DNA from: Tepidisphaerales bacterium
Lineage (GTDB): Bacteria; Planctomycetota; Phycisphaerae; Tepidisphaerales; Tepidisphaeraceae
Reading direction: 5' to 3'
Length of the DNA stretch: 30,782 bases
Assembly: GCA_038317225.1 (NCBI GenBank)
Contig: JBBQBE010000040.1
Coordinates: 1-30,782 of the forward strand
The notes beneath the pieces are model-generated. The model did not search any database and had not been told where the DNA came from. It saw only the letters and a program-made list of their open reading frames with translations. Position 1 is the stretch's first letter, and every line of letters starts with the position of its first letter. Shown piece after piece: positions 1 to 8,350 of the stretch. Made by a program: the position numbers and the translations under genes.

Positions 1-17
1 ATGGTCATGGGGAATTC

Positions 18-55
18 TAATTGTCGTTGACGGGTAAGAATAATTGTCGCTTGAC
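18..55 (+). promoter_or_regulatory. Two direct repeats TAATTGTCG(C)TTGAC about 23 nt apart, each containing a TTGAC(G/A) -35-like hexamer; a third degenerate copy follows at 65-80
   Basis: Seen directly: taattgtcgttgac at 18-31 and taattgtcgcttgac at 41-55. They lie about 250 nt upstream of the YhaM-like CDS. Which gene they serve is unknown, and they may belong to a gene left of the window. Confidence 0.25.
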
Positions 56-301
56 AGACCGCCGTATTGTCGAGTGTCGCCTTAACCCAGCCCATGCACA
101 CAGTGGAGCACAACACGTCCACACCCGGACATTTCTACTTGGATAAGGCCGGGCATTACAACTTGGGTAAGACATTCATCAAGATTTTGCGAACAATTCC
201 CCTACGGTTGTCGGGCGGGCGGCGACTCTCTCGTATTTGACGCTTTTGCCGCGATGCCATAGCTTATTGTGTGAAGGTGGGGCTACTGACGGAATGAATT
301 C

Positions 302-1453
302 ATGCGACGTATTTATTTGAATGATTGCCAGCCCGGCGACGTGCTGGAAGACGTGTTTGTGGTAACCGGAAAGCAATTTTCCGCCACCTCCACCGGTAAA
401 TATTTTATCAAGGCGTTTATCTCCGACCGCAGCGGCCAGGTAACGGCCCGGATCTGGAACGCCACCCGCGAGCTGTTTAACCTGATTCCCGATGGCGGAT
501 TCGCCCGCGTGCGCGGACGCGTGGAAAATTACCAGAATAATCTTCAGTTCATCATCGAGCAGATTCAACCCGCCGCCGGCACGTTCGATCTGTCGGACCT
601 GATCCCCCATACGACCAAAGATATCGACCAGATGATCCAGCGGCTTTTCGCCCTCTGCCAGTCCATGCGCAACCGGCACCTGGGGGCGATCATCCAAGCC
701 TACCTGGACGATGAGGAACTGATGAACAATCTGGCCAAGGCCCCCGCCGCCATGAGTTTTCACCATTCCTTCATCGGCGGATTGCTGGAACACACGCTCA
801 ACGCCATGGAAGTGGCCGACGCGATGATTCGGTTTTATCCGGGCCTCAACCGCGACCTGGTGTTGGCCGGCATCTTTCTGCACGACATCGCCAAGACCTG
901 GGAACTGTCCTACGACTGCGCGTTCTCCTACACCGACGGCGGGCAACTGGTGGGCCACATCGTTAAAAGCGCCATGTGGCTGGAGGAAAAAGCCCGCGCG
1001 GCGGCCGATAAACTGGGCGAGCCGATTCCCCGCCCGCTGATCGAGGTGCTGCAACATATTATTCTCAGCCACCACGGACAGGTGGAATTCGGGGCCGTGA
1101 AGGTGCCGGCCACCCCGGAAGCCCTGGCGGTACACGCCATAGAAAATCTCGATGCCAAACTAATGATGGCCCTGGCGGCCACTCGCGGCGAAGGCAAGGT
1201 GGGGGAAGGGAAATGGACCGAATACATGAAGGCGTTTGATTGCCGCATGTATCGCCCGGATGTGGCCGCGCCGGACAGCAATCCCGCCAACCCCGGAACT
1301 TCCGCAACTTCTGCCACGACCGCCACGGCTGCCACGCCCGCGCGCGGCGGCGCTGCCCAACCGGCCGCCGGTGGCGGCAGTGAAAAGGTACATGGCAAAA
1401 TCGCCATCACCAATCCATTATTTGAGTCGGCGGAAAATAAGAAACCGCGCTAG
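302..1453 (+). CDS. YhaM-like 3'-5' exonuclease (N-terminal OB-fold nucleic-acid-binding domain + HD phosphohydrolase domain), with a low-complexity Thr/Ala tail
   Basis: ATG at 302. The N-terminus matches an OB-fold (GKYFIKAFISDRSGQVTARIWN...). HD motifs are present (HHSFIGGLLEHT ... FLHDIAK). This architecture is as in the B. subtilis YhaM family. Confidence 0.8.
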   Translation: MRRIYLNDCQPGDVLEDVFVVTGKQFSATSTGKYFIKAFISDRSGQVTARIWNATRELFNLIPDGGFARVRGRVENYQNNLQFIIEQIQPAAGTFDLSDLIPHTTKDIDQMIQRLFALCQSMRNRHLGAIIQAYLDDEELMNNLAKAPAAMSFHHSFIGGLLEHTLNAMEVADAMIRFYPGLNRDLVLAGIFLHDIAKTWELSYDCAFSYTDGGQLVGHIVKSAMWLEEKARAAADKLGEPIPRPLIEVLQHIILSHHGQVEFGAVKVPATPEALAVHAIENLDAKLMMALAATRGEGKVGEGKWTEYMKAFDCRMYRPDVAAPDSNPANPGTSATSATTATAATPARGGAAQPAAGGGSEKVHGKIAITNPLFESAENKKPR

Positions 1454-1498
1454 CGCACGGCGCTTGAAGGAACACGGCTTGGCATCGATAAGACCCGC

Positions 1499-2041
1499 TT
1501 AGGCCCGATGCGCCTGGGCGTGGATCACGTGGGTATGCGCCGCAGCCGCTGGAGGCGTGGCGGCGGCGGCGTTGATGGCGCTGGGCCGCTGATGCATCCC
1601 TGATTCCTGCTCCAATTGCTTGATCTTGGCCACACGGCGGATATGGCGTCCTTCGCCATAGGGCGTGGTGAGAAAAATTTCCACAATCAGCCGCATATGC
1701 TCATCGCTGAGCAAATCGGTCCCCAGGCACAAAATATTGCAATGGTTGTACTCGCGGGACAGTCGGGCCGTCAGTTCATCATGCACCAGGGCGGCGCGGA
1801 TGCCCGGCACTTTATTGGCCGCCACGCTCATGCCGATGCCGCTACCGTCCAGCAGCACGCCCACATCGTAGCGCCCCTCGGCCACAGCGCGGGCCACAGG
1901 CACGGCGTAGTCCGGGTAATCGCACGCGGCCATGCCGTCGCAGCCGTAATCCTTCACTTCATGGCCCATCTTTTTCAATAGAGGCACCACTTTGCGCTTG
2001 GCTTCGTAGCCACGGTGATCACATGCCACGGCGATTTTCAT
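1499..2041 (-). CDS. rpiB: Ribose-5-phosphate isomerase B (RpiB/LacAB family)
   Basis: MKIAVACDHRGYEAKRKV...GVLLDGSGIGMSVAANKVPGIRAAL is a classic RpiB N-terminus and core. The first ATG is at 2041; the track start at 2059 is a TTG extension. There is a C-terminal Ala/Pro-rich tail. Confidence 0.85.
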   Translation of the reverse strand: MKIAVACDHRGYEAKRKVVPLLKKMGHEVKDYGCDGMAACDYPDYAVPVARAVAEGRYDVGVLLDGSGIGMSVAANKVPGIRAALVHDELTARLSREYNHCNILCLGTDLLSDEHMRLIVEIFLTTPYGEGRHIRRVAKIKQLEQESGMHQRPSAINAAAATPPAAAAHTHVIHAQAHRA

Positions 2042-2074
2042 AGATGACCTCAGGTGCAAGTACCGGTCATTGTC

Positions 2075-3175
2075 CTATAGCAACGCCTGTTCCGTCAACC
2101 GTTGCTCTATCAATTCCTGCAAATGCAGGGCCACTTGGCTGTACAAGCGCTGGTCGCCGCCAATCGGGTCGTCGATGTCGCCGGCTGGATCCAGCAGCGA
2201 CACCTTATCGCCAGCCGCGGGTGCCAACTGGGCGATGGCCCGCTGATGGCCGCGTCCCATGACGTATATCAGGTCCGCCTGGTTGACCAGTTCGATGTTC
2301 AAAGGGCGGGCGCGATGCCCGGATAGATCCCCGCCCAGCGCCCCCACAGCCTCGACAGCCTCAGGCGTTGGCGCGCTTCCGGGGTAAGCCATGATTCCCG
2401 CCGAGTGAATAGTATACCCGTTTTGTTCCAAAGCGTTGCCCGCCACAGCTATTTTTTTTGCCAGCAGGTATTTAGTCAAAGCCTCGGCCATCGGCGAACG
2501 GCAGGTGTTGCCCGAACAGACGAATAAAATCGTGGTGTGCAATTTTTTATCAATCATGCGGCGATCCCATACGCCCTGGCGAATAATTTCATAACCTGCC
2601 AAGTTGACCCGCAGCATGGTCGAAGGGGTGCTGTATCGTGCCGCCCCGGCATCGACAACCCCCCCGGCCGCCTCCAGCCAGGATGGAGCCAGTTGTCTTG
2701 TATCGGCGGCATCGCCGGCGGAGATCATCCCCACCGGCCCGACCGTTTGGGACAAAATCCGGCGCGTGATGGCCGTCTCCGGGCAGCGCAGAGTGATATG
2801 CCCATCCTCAAACAGCAATGATTCATCCAGTTTGAATCGCCCTGCCACTTCAGCCCGCCGCTGGCCGCTGACCGGCACGGCCAGCGACAGCGGCCCCGGC
2901 CACAGCCGCCGCATCATTCGGCGTAAATACAGGCTGGGCGGATCAATGAACTGTTGGGCGGCCTCGGCATCGCTCAGGTGAATGGCAAGCGCCCCCTCGC
3001 TGGTGGTGGACCGGCAATCCAACAGCCGGCGCAAAGCTTGCGGTAAATCCAGCCGCCCCGCCAGGCCGTAAACCGTTTCGGTGGGTAAAATAACCAGTTT
3101 CCCGCCCGCCAGTAGACGCACCGCCTCCGCGTCGCTGAGGCTTTGGAGTTGTCCGGGTGCGGGCGATTGGTTCAT
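2075..3175 (-). CDS. Fusion protein: L-threonylcarbamoyladenylate synthase TsaC/YrdC domain (N-terminal) + low-molecular-weight protein (Tyr/Arg) phosphatase domain (C-terminal)
   Basis: The N-terminal domain carries the YrdC signature LVILPTETVYGLAG. The C-terminal domain carries the LMW-PTP P-loop ILFVCSGNTCRSPMAEAL (CX5R) and a downstream DP(I/Y)GG-like motif. ATG at 3175. It lies immediately upstream of rpiB, as ywlC-ywlE-ywlF do in B. subtilis. Confidence 0.8.
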   Translation of the reverse strand: MNQSPAPGQLQSLSDAEAVRLLAGGKLVILPTETVYGLAGRLDLPQALRRLLDCRSTTSEGALAIHLSDAEAAQQFIDPPSLYLRRMMRRLWPGPLSLAVPVSGQRRAEVAGRFKLDESLLFEDGHITLRCPETAITRRILSQTVGPVGMISAGDAADTRQLAPSWLEAAGGVVDAGAARYSTPSTMLRVNLAGYEIIRQGVWDRRMIDKKLHTTILFVCSGNTCRSPMAEALTKYLLAKKIAVAGNALEQNGYTIHSAGIMAYPGSAPTPEAVEAVGALGGDLSGHRARPLNIELVNQADLIYVMGRGHQRAIAQLAPAAGDKVSLLDPAGDIDDPIGGDQRLYSQVALHLQELIEQRLTEQALL

Positions 3176-3211
3176 CGTTGCGGGTATTATTCAGGGAGCG
3201 TCGAGGCACTG

Positions 3212-3613
3212 TCAAGCCGAAGGCGGCGGATCGCTTTGCAGCACGTCGACTTGCAACACGCGGATGATCGTCGCCAGCAGTTCGTCGGGGCGATACATTC
3301 CCTTGACCAGATGCGCCTTGACCCCCAGATCCTTGGCGCGGTTGACGGTGTTGTCGTCGCTCAAACCCGTCAGCAAAATAACGGGAATCTCATGCACGCG
3401 CGGCTCCTGGCGCAAAAGCATTAAAAATGTCAGCCCGTCCATCGGCGGAATCTGCACATCCAGTAAAATCAGATCCGGGCAGTTTTTTTGCGCCATGCCC
3501 ATGGCACAATAAGCGTCGGCCGCCAGAAGTGTTTGATACCCGTGGCAGCGCAACAGCTTGCCCAGGGTCTGGCGGATGGACAACTCATCATCGACAATCA
3601 ACACCGTGGGCAT
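3212..3613 (-). CDS. Single-domain CheY-like response regulator (receiver only)
   Basis: VLIVDDELSIRQTL...DLILLDVQIPPMDGLTF...LTGLSDD...KDLGVKAHLVKG gives the receiver acid pocket, phospho-acceptor Asp, Thr and Lys. ATG at 3613. Confidence 0.85.
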   Translation of the reverse strand: MPTVLIVDDELSIRQTLGKLLRCHGYQTLLAADAYCAMGMAQKNCPDLILLDVQIPPMDGLTFLMLLRQEPRVHEIPVILLTGLSDDNTVNRAKDLGVKAHLVKGMYRPDELLATIIRVLQVDVLQSDPPPSA

Positions 3614-3682
3614 AATTCCATTATGCTCTTGTCAAGCCAATCAGGAAACGGCAAAATTTGCCGAGCGGCAAGTGGTTTATAC

Positions 3683-4762
3683 ATGGACTGGCGCAGCAGC
3701 GGGGTAAAAATTCTCAGCGGGGCAAATCGCTCGACGGCCGCGGCGGCGGTTCGCGGGGTGTTGCGCATTGGAGAAACCGGATACAGCGCGATGATGCGCC
3801 TGCGCAATCACGGCTACGCGCGCGGCTGGTTCAAAGTGCATGACGCCGGCCGGCCAGTGGTAAGTGTGGGCAACCTGACCGCCGGCGGCACCGGCAAGAC
3901 GCCGGTGGTTTACTGGCTGGCCCAGCAGTTGCGCCACCTCGGCTATCAGCCGGCGATTTTGTTACGCGGCTATAAGCAAAACAGCCGGGGACAAAGCGAT
4001 GAAGCGCAGTGGTTGACCGAACGCTTGGCGGAGGATGCCGCCCTGCCGCCGGTGGGCGTGTATGCCAATCCTGATCGTCTGGCCGGGGCGCGCCAAGCTC
4101 TGGCGGAACGGCCGGGCACGCATTTGTTTATCCTCGACGATGGGTTTCAGCATCGGCGTTTGCGCCGCCAGTTTGACTGGGTGCTGGTGAACGCCGCCCA
4201 ACCGTGGGGCTATGGGCATGTTCACCCGCGCGGTCTGCTGCGCGAGCCACTGGAGGGGCTGGCGCGCGCCGATGCGGTGCTTTTAACGCATTGTGGACAG
4301 GCGATCCCCAGGCTTCTGGACATTGTGCGTCAAACCATCGCCCAATATGCCCCCGCCGCGCGCATCGACCAGGCTCGTCATGAGCATGTCGGATATATGC
4401 CGCTGGGGCAAAACGCTTTGCGGCCGATGTCATCGCTGCCGCACGGGCGTTGCTGGGCCTTTTGCGGGATCGGCGACCCGGAGAGTTTTCGCGATCAGCT
4501 TCTGGCGACGCCAATCGATCTGGCGGGTTTTACCGCATTTGGCGATCACCATGCCTATAGCGCCATTGAAATCGCGATGCTGTGCGCCGAGGCGCGCGAG
4601 GTGGGCGCAACCTATTTGCTGACCACGGAAAAGGACGGCGTGAAGTTGCAAGGCCTGGCGGCCCCGCTGCCGATCGGCGTGGTGCGGCTGGAGGCGCGCA
4701 TTGAGCGGAGCGAAGCAATTGTGCAACAGATCATAGAAAAACTGCATCTGCCGCCGCGATAA
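3683..4762 (+). CDS. lpxK: Tetraacyldisaccharide 4'-kinase LpxK
   Basis: VVSVGNLTAGGTGKTPVVYWLAQQL is the LpxK P-loop region, followed by ...LLRGYK... and FILDDGFQH. The track ORF starts at a TTG at 3488 and overlaps the divergent response regulator. The first ATG that gives an LpxK-like N-terminus is at 3683; 3791 is an alternative. Confidence 0.8.
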   Translation: MDWRSSGVKILSGANRSTAAAAVRGVLRIGETGYSAMMRLRNHGYARGWFKVHDAGRPVVSVGNLTAGGTGKTPVVYWLAQQLRHLGYQPAILLRGYKQNSRGQSDEAQWLTERLAEDAALPPVGVYANPDRLAGARQALAERPGTHLFILDDGFQHRRLRRQFDWVLVNAAQPWGYGHVHPRGLLREPLEGLARADAVLLTHCGQAIPRLLDIVRQTIAQYAPAARIDQARHEHVGYMPLGQNALRPMSSLPHGRCWAFCGIGDPESFRDQLLATPIDLAGFTAFGDHHAYSAIEIAMLCAEAREVGATYLLTTEKDGVKLQGLAAPLPIGVVRLEARIERSEAIVQQIIEKLHLPPR

Positions 4763-4776
4763 ACGGATGTTGTCAA

Positions 4777-5763
4777 TTACCAATCCACGTCGGCTCGTGC
4801 AGGCACCGGATATTTTTCAACCAGCTTTTGGATCAGTTGTTTATCCGAGTCATCCAGTTGCCGGGGAACCTTGATGCGAATGACGCACAACTGATCGCCC
4901 TTCTGCTCGCCGCGTTCGACACCGCGACCCGGCAAGCGCAGCTTGGCCCCGCCGCTGGTGCCGGGGGGAATGGTGATGGTTACTTTGCCGCCCAGGGTGG
5001 GCACTTCGATTTTTGCGCCCAAAAGCGCTTCGTACAGACTGACGGGCACATCCAGCACCACATCCAATCCATCGCGGCGGAAATAGCGGTGCGACGCGAC
5101 GTTGGTGATGATGAACAAGTCGCCGTTACCAGCCGGGCCGGGATGTCCGCGGCCTTTCAGTCGCACGCGGCTGCCCTCCTTGACTCCGGGTGGGATTTTC
5201 ACCTCGATGGTCTCCACCCTGCCATTTTGATGAATCTGCAAGGGAATGGCGGCCCCGCGCGCGGCCTGCTCGAAGGTGAGCGTCAAGGCATGTTCCAAAT
5301 CCTGGCCGCGGCGTGCTTCGGGCCGGGCCCGGCCGCGACCGGCGGCTCGCCCGGCGGTCGGCCCGCCTCGACCTCCGAAAAGCTGCTCGAAAATATCGCC
5401 GTAATTCCCGCCGCCAACGTCAAAATCCTCCACCGAGACATTAGGCCCGGCCTGCCAGGCGGCCCCACCACGGCCGGCCTGGGCGCGGCGAAACGCCTCG
5501 AAGGGATCGCCGCCGCCGGCATGCCCGCCGGGCTGGCCGCCGACGCCGGCGTGGCCAAACTGGTCATAATTCTGCCGTTTGGCCGCGTCGCTTAATACAT
5601 CATACGCCTCCTGCACCTCCTTAAACTTCTCGGTGGCGGCGGCGTTGTTCTTGTTCACATCGGGATGGTACTGGCGCACCAGCTTGCGGTGCGCCTTGCG
5701 AATTTCATCCGCCGCAGCGCCGCGCGAAAGCCCCAGCACTTCGTAAAAATCACGTTTTGCCAT
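4777..5763 (-). CDS. DnaJ-family co-chaperone, class B (CbpA-like: J domain + Gly-rich linker + C-terminal substrate-binding domains, no zinc finger)
   Basis: J domain MAKRDFYEVLGLSRGAAADEIRKAHRKLVRQYHPDVN with HPD. A G/F-rich region follows. No CxxCxGxG repeats are present. ATG at 5763. Confidence 0.85.
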   Translation of the reverse strand: MAKRDFYEVLGLSRGAAADEIRKAHRKLVRQYHPDVNKNNAAATEKFKEVQEAYDVLSDAAKRQNYDQFGHAGVGGQPGGHAGGGDPFEAFRRAQAGRGGAAWQAGPNVSVEDFDVGGGNYGDIFEQLFGGRGGPTAGRAAGRGRARPEARRGQDLEHALTLTFEQAARGAAIPLQIHQNGRVETIEVKIPPGVKEGSRVRLKGRGHPGPAGNGDLFIITNVASHRYFRRDGLDVVLDVPVSLYEALLGAKIEVPTLGGKVTITIPPGTSGGAKLRLPGRGVERGEQKGDQLCVIRIKVPRQLDDSDKQLIQKLVEKYPVPARADVDW

Positions 5764-6020
5764 ATGCGGCTATTTTAGCAGCGCGGGGCAACTGTGAAAA
5801 CGGGCGCAACACGGGCGCAATACACCCGCAACGATTGGGCATGACTCACAATCACTAATTTCATGGCGTGCAATGACGCCCGCCCCTATACTGGCGGCTC
5901 CTTCATGGGGATTCAACGGCTGATTTTGGCAATGTAACTGACGAGGCGTGTGGTATTTGTGTATTGGGAAAAACCCATTGCTGCGACTGATTTAGGTGGA
6001 GACATCCATGCCCAAGGAAA

Positions 6021-6434
6021 TTGATTATCAAGCGGCTTAGCTATCGTAGACGCCAAGGCCTTAGTGATGGTGATCATGATCGCCACGTGGCTATCTTCCA
6101 CAAAGGCGAGTTCGTGGCGGTTTTTTGTCCTAAAGCGGGGCGGGAAATCGCAGTCACGCCGCCGGCGAGTTTGGATCAGCCGCCGTCAAGTGGGCTGAAA
6201 TCCCGTTGGACGCGACGGCAGGGACAGGTACTGGCATTCATCCACTTGTACATAAAGCTGAATCGACAACCTCCGGCGGAAGCGGATATCGCCCGGCATT
6301 TTCGCATTGCGCCTCCATCGGCGCACCATATGGTCGTAATGCTGACGAGCAAGGGCTTGATCAAGCGCCAGCCGGGAGCGGCCAGGTCCATTGCCCTGCT
6401 GGTTGATCCTGAGCAATTGCCGACACTTGAGTGA
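6021..6434 (+). CDS. Small winged-helix DNA-binding protein with a LexA-type N-terminal DNA-binding fold (no S24 peptidase domain); start codon uncertain
   Basis: The C-terminal 70 aa (TRRQGQVLAFIHLYIKLNRQPPAEADIARHFRIAPPSAHHMVVMLTSKGLIKRQPGAARSI) align by eye with the LexA DNA-binding domain pattern (QxVxxFIxxxxxxxGxPPSxREIAxxxGxxSxxAVxxHLxALxRKGxI). The track start at 6021 is TTG. Internal GTG candidates lie near 6086 and 6110. Confidence 0.5.
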   Translation: MIIKRLSYRRRQGLSDGDHDRHVAIFHKGEFVAVFCPKAGREIAVTPPASLDQPPSSGLKSRWTRRQGQVLAFIHLYIKLNRQPPAEADIARHFRIAPPSAHHMVVMLTSKGLIKRQPGAARSIALLVDPEQLPTLE

Positions 6435-6462
6435 TAAGGGCCTTGCTCGCATGATATGAGCC

Positions 6463-7308
6463 ATGCCCACGCGGATTCCCTGGTCGCGGGATGAACTGCT
6501 TGTAGCCTTCCGGCTCTATTGCCACACGCCCTTCGGCAAACTGCATCAGCACAACCCGGAGATAATCGAGCTAGCGCGGACGCTGGGGCGCACGTCATCG
6601 GCGGTAGGTATGAAGGCGTGTAACTTTGCCAGCCTCGATCCGGTTCAGCGAGCGCGGAACATCTCGGCGCTGGGTAACGTCAGCAGAGGCGATCGCGAAT
6701 TGTGGGAGGCTTTCCAAGAGAACCCCGAGGCCGTTGCCGCCGAAGCCGAAGCAACATATGCGAGCCTGACCGGGTGGGACGCCCCGCCGCTGGAAACTGA
6801 ATTAGACCTGCCCGATGGCCCCACGGAAGTAGCGCGAACCGTGCGAACGCGCCGGGTGCAGGCGTTCTTCCGCGCCGCCGTGCTGGCAAGCTACGAATAC
6901 CGTTGTGCTCTATCGGACATCGCAGTTCCCGAACTACTGAATGCCAGCCATATCATTCCTTGGAAGGTGAATACAGGACGACGTGCTGACCCGCGCAACG
7001 GTATTGCCCTGAATGCGCTCTACGACCGCGCGTTCGACCGGGGACTGATCACGTTTGACGAGCAACTGCGGTTGGTAATCTCTCGCCGATTACAGGTTGG
7101 CGTCCCGCCCACGTTTCAGCGCCAGGCGTTGCTGGAACTGGAAGGCCGCAAATTGCGACTTCCTTGCCGCTTCGTTCCAGATCAATCCGCAATCTCCTAT
7201 CATCGCCAACACATCTTCTATGCGGGTAATGGATCAGTTAACAAGCGATCTTCATTGAATCGGCTATACCTGCCTATGCGTGTTCCGCGCGCCATTCTTG
7301 CCAAATAA
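6463..7308 (+). CDS. HNH nuclease of the HNH_2 / COG3440 'predicted restriction endonuclease' family
   Basis: ATG at 6463. The motif RRVQAFFRAAVLASYEYRCALSDIAVPELLNASHIIPW...DPRNGIALNALYDRAFDRGLITFDE matches the QxxFR...Y..RCA...LeAaHIiP...NGL.L..lhD.aFD pattern of this HNH family. The N-terminal 100 aa form an extra domain of unknown function. Confidence 0.8.
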   Translation: MPTRIPWSRDELLVAFRLYCHTPFGKLHQHNPEIIELARTLGRTSSAVGMKACNFASLDPVQRARNISALGNVSRGDRELWEAFQENPEAVAAEAEATYASLTGWDAPPLETELDLPDGPTEVARTVRTRRVQAFFRAAVLASYEYRCALSDIAVPELLNASHIIPWKVNTGRRADPRNGIALNALYDRAFDRGLITFDEQLRLVISRRLQVGVPPTFQRQALLELEGRKLRLPCRFVPDQSAISYHRQHIFYAGNGSVNKRSSLNRLYLPMRVPRAILAK

Positions 7309-7797
7309 ACTGCGCGAGAGACAGACTCGATTGCGGATTATGTTTCTGGCAATAGGTGGGGAACGTCACAAGGCCTCAATCATTTTTTGAGATAGCTCGC
7401 GAACCCCGGATAGGCTATGAGGCTTGTCGGCAAAAGCACGTGGATTAACCAATGGCGAGAGTCGAGCCGGGCTTTAAGATGCAGCGGGGCAGAAAACACA
7501 TTGTGTCGCACGCGGCGAAAAACCGCATCACGACGCAATGCCGCGGCGATCATAATCCGCTCATCTATGCTCTAGATATTTGGTTGCCCCCACATTGCAG
7601 CTCAGTGCGGCGAGGCGATTCTTCACCGGCCGCGGGAATATCCACTTGGGGGTAGCAAACGGGGGAGCGCGCAGTGTCAAAGTGTGTCCAAGTGTGTTCA
7701 ATATGGAATTAGAACGAGGTCGGTGCGAAGCGGGTTGTGACTCGCAAAACGCGGGCAATTTCCAATATAGCCACGGATCGTCATATGTGTTGGGGAA

Positions 7798-7869
7798 AGC
7801 GGGCGATGGGATTCGAACCCACGACGTCAGCCTTGGGAAGGCTGCATTCTACCACTGAATTACGCCCGC
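7798..7869 (-). tRNA. tRNA-Gly (anticodon CCC), 72 nt, discriminator U, CCA not encoded
   Basis: The reverse complement reads GCGGGCGTAATTCAGTGGTAGAATGCAGCCTTCCCAAGGCTGACGTCGTGGGTTCGAATCCCATCGCCCGCT. It has a 7-bp acceptor stem, a D-loop AGTGGTAGA, an anticodon loop CTTCCCAAG and a T-arm GGGTTCGAATCCC. Confidence 0.85.
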
Positions 7870-7974
7870 GTGTGGTCGCGGAAAATACCCGCGTTGCTCA
7901 CGCGGGCAATTGTAACCCAGGCGACGGGCGTTTCACAAGGCCGCGATGATTTTTTAAGCGGTGGCGGGCCAGTA

Positions 7975-8350
7975 ACTGGTTTAGTGGGCGGGCTGTCTCG
8001 CGACGCTTACTTCGTGAAAATGGCGAATTGCGCACGGGCGACAATTACCGGCTCAATGCCCCGGCTGCCCCGCGACGCCTTAGTGGCGAAGATAGCGAAT
8101 TGCGCCCACGCGACAATCACCGGCTTAATGGGCGGGCTGTGCCGCGACGCCTCCCTGTGAAATTCACGAATTGCGCCCGCGCGACAATCACTGACTCAAT
8201 GCGCCGGCTGCCCCGCGACGACTACTTGGAAAAATGGCGAATCACGCCCGCGCGGCAATCACCGACTCCACGTGCCGGCTGTGCAGCGACGACTCCCTGT
8301 GAAAATCACGAATTGCGCCCGCGCGACAATCACCTGCTGATCCGCAGGTT
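7975..8350. repeat. Tandem minisatellite: about 5.3 imperfect copies of a 71-bp unit (consensus about GTGAAAATGGCGAATTGCGCCCGCGCGACAATCACCGGCTCAATGCGCCGGCTGCCCCGCGACGCCTCCCT)
   Basis: Unit starts marked by gtgaaaa/gtgaaat lie at 8014, about 8086, 8157, about 8228 and 8299, a period of 71-72 bp. A partial unit precedes 8014 and the last unit degenerates at about 8330. The array starts about 105 bp from the 5' end of the tRNA-Gly gene (7869). Confidence 0.8.

Noticed and set aside
179-1135. 318-aa minus-strand ORF antisense to the YhaM-like gene
   Set aside because: It is entirely embedded antisense in a CDS with clear OB-fold/HD homology. Its composition is Gly/Arg/Ala-rich, typical of high-GC antisense frames.
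3488-3682. ORF-track N-terminal extension of lpxK (TTG at 3488)
   Set aside because: It would overlap the divergently transcribed response-regulator CDS by 126 nt. The LpxK-like N-terminus begins at the ATG at 3683.
5913-6101. 62-aa minus-strand ORF in the dnaJ-like / wHTH intergenic region
   Set aside because: It is short with no homology and overlaps the likely 5' region of the wHTH gene. It is probably spurious.
7320-7797. ORFs 7452-7655 (+) and 7561-7758 (-) in the gap between the HNH gene and tRNA-Gly; possible small RNA
   Set aside because: There is no homology or motif, they overlap each other, and the region lacks convincing promoter or terminator structure. It is left unannotated, though it is the kind of place where an island att site or sRNA could hide.
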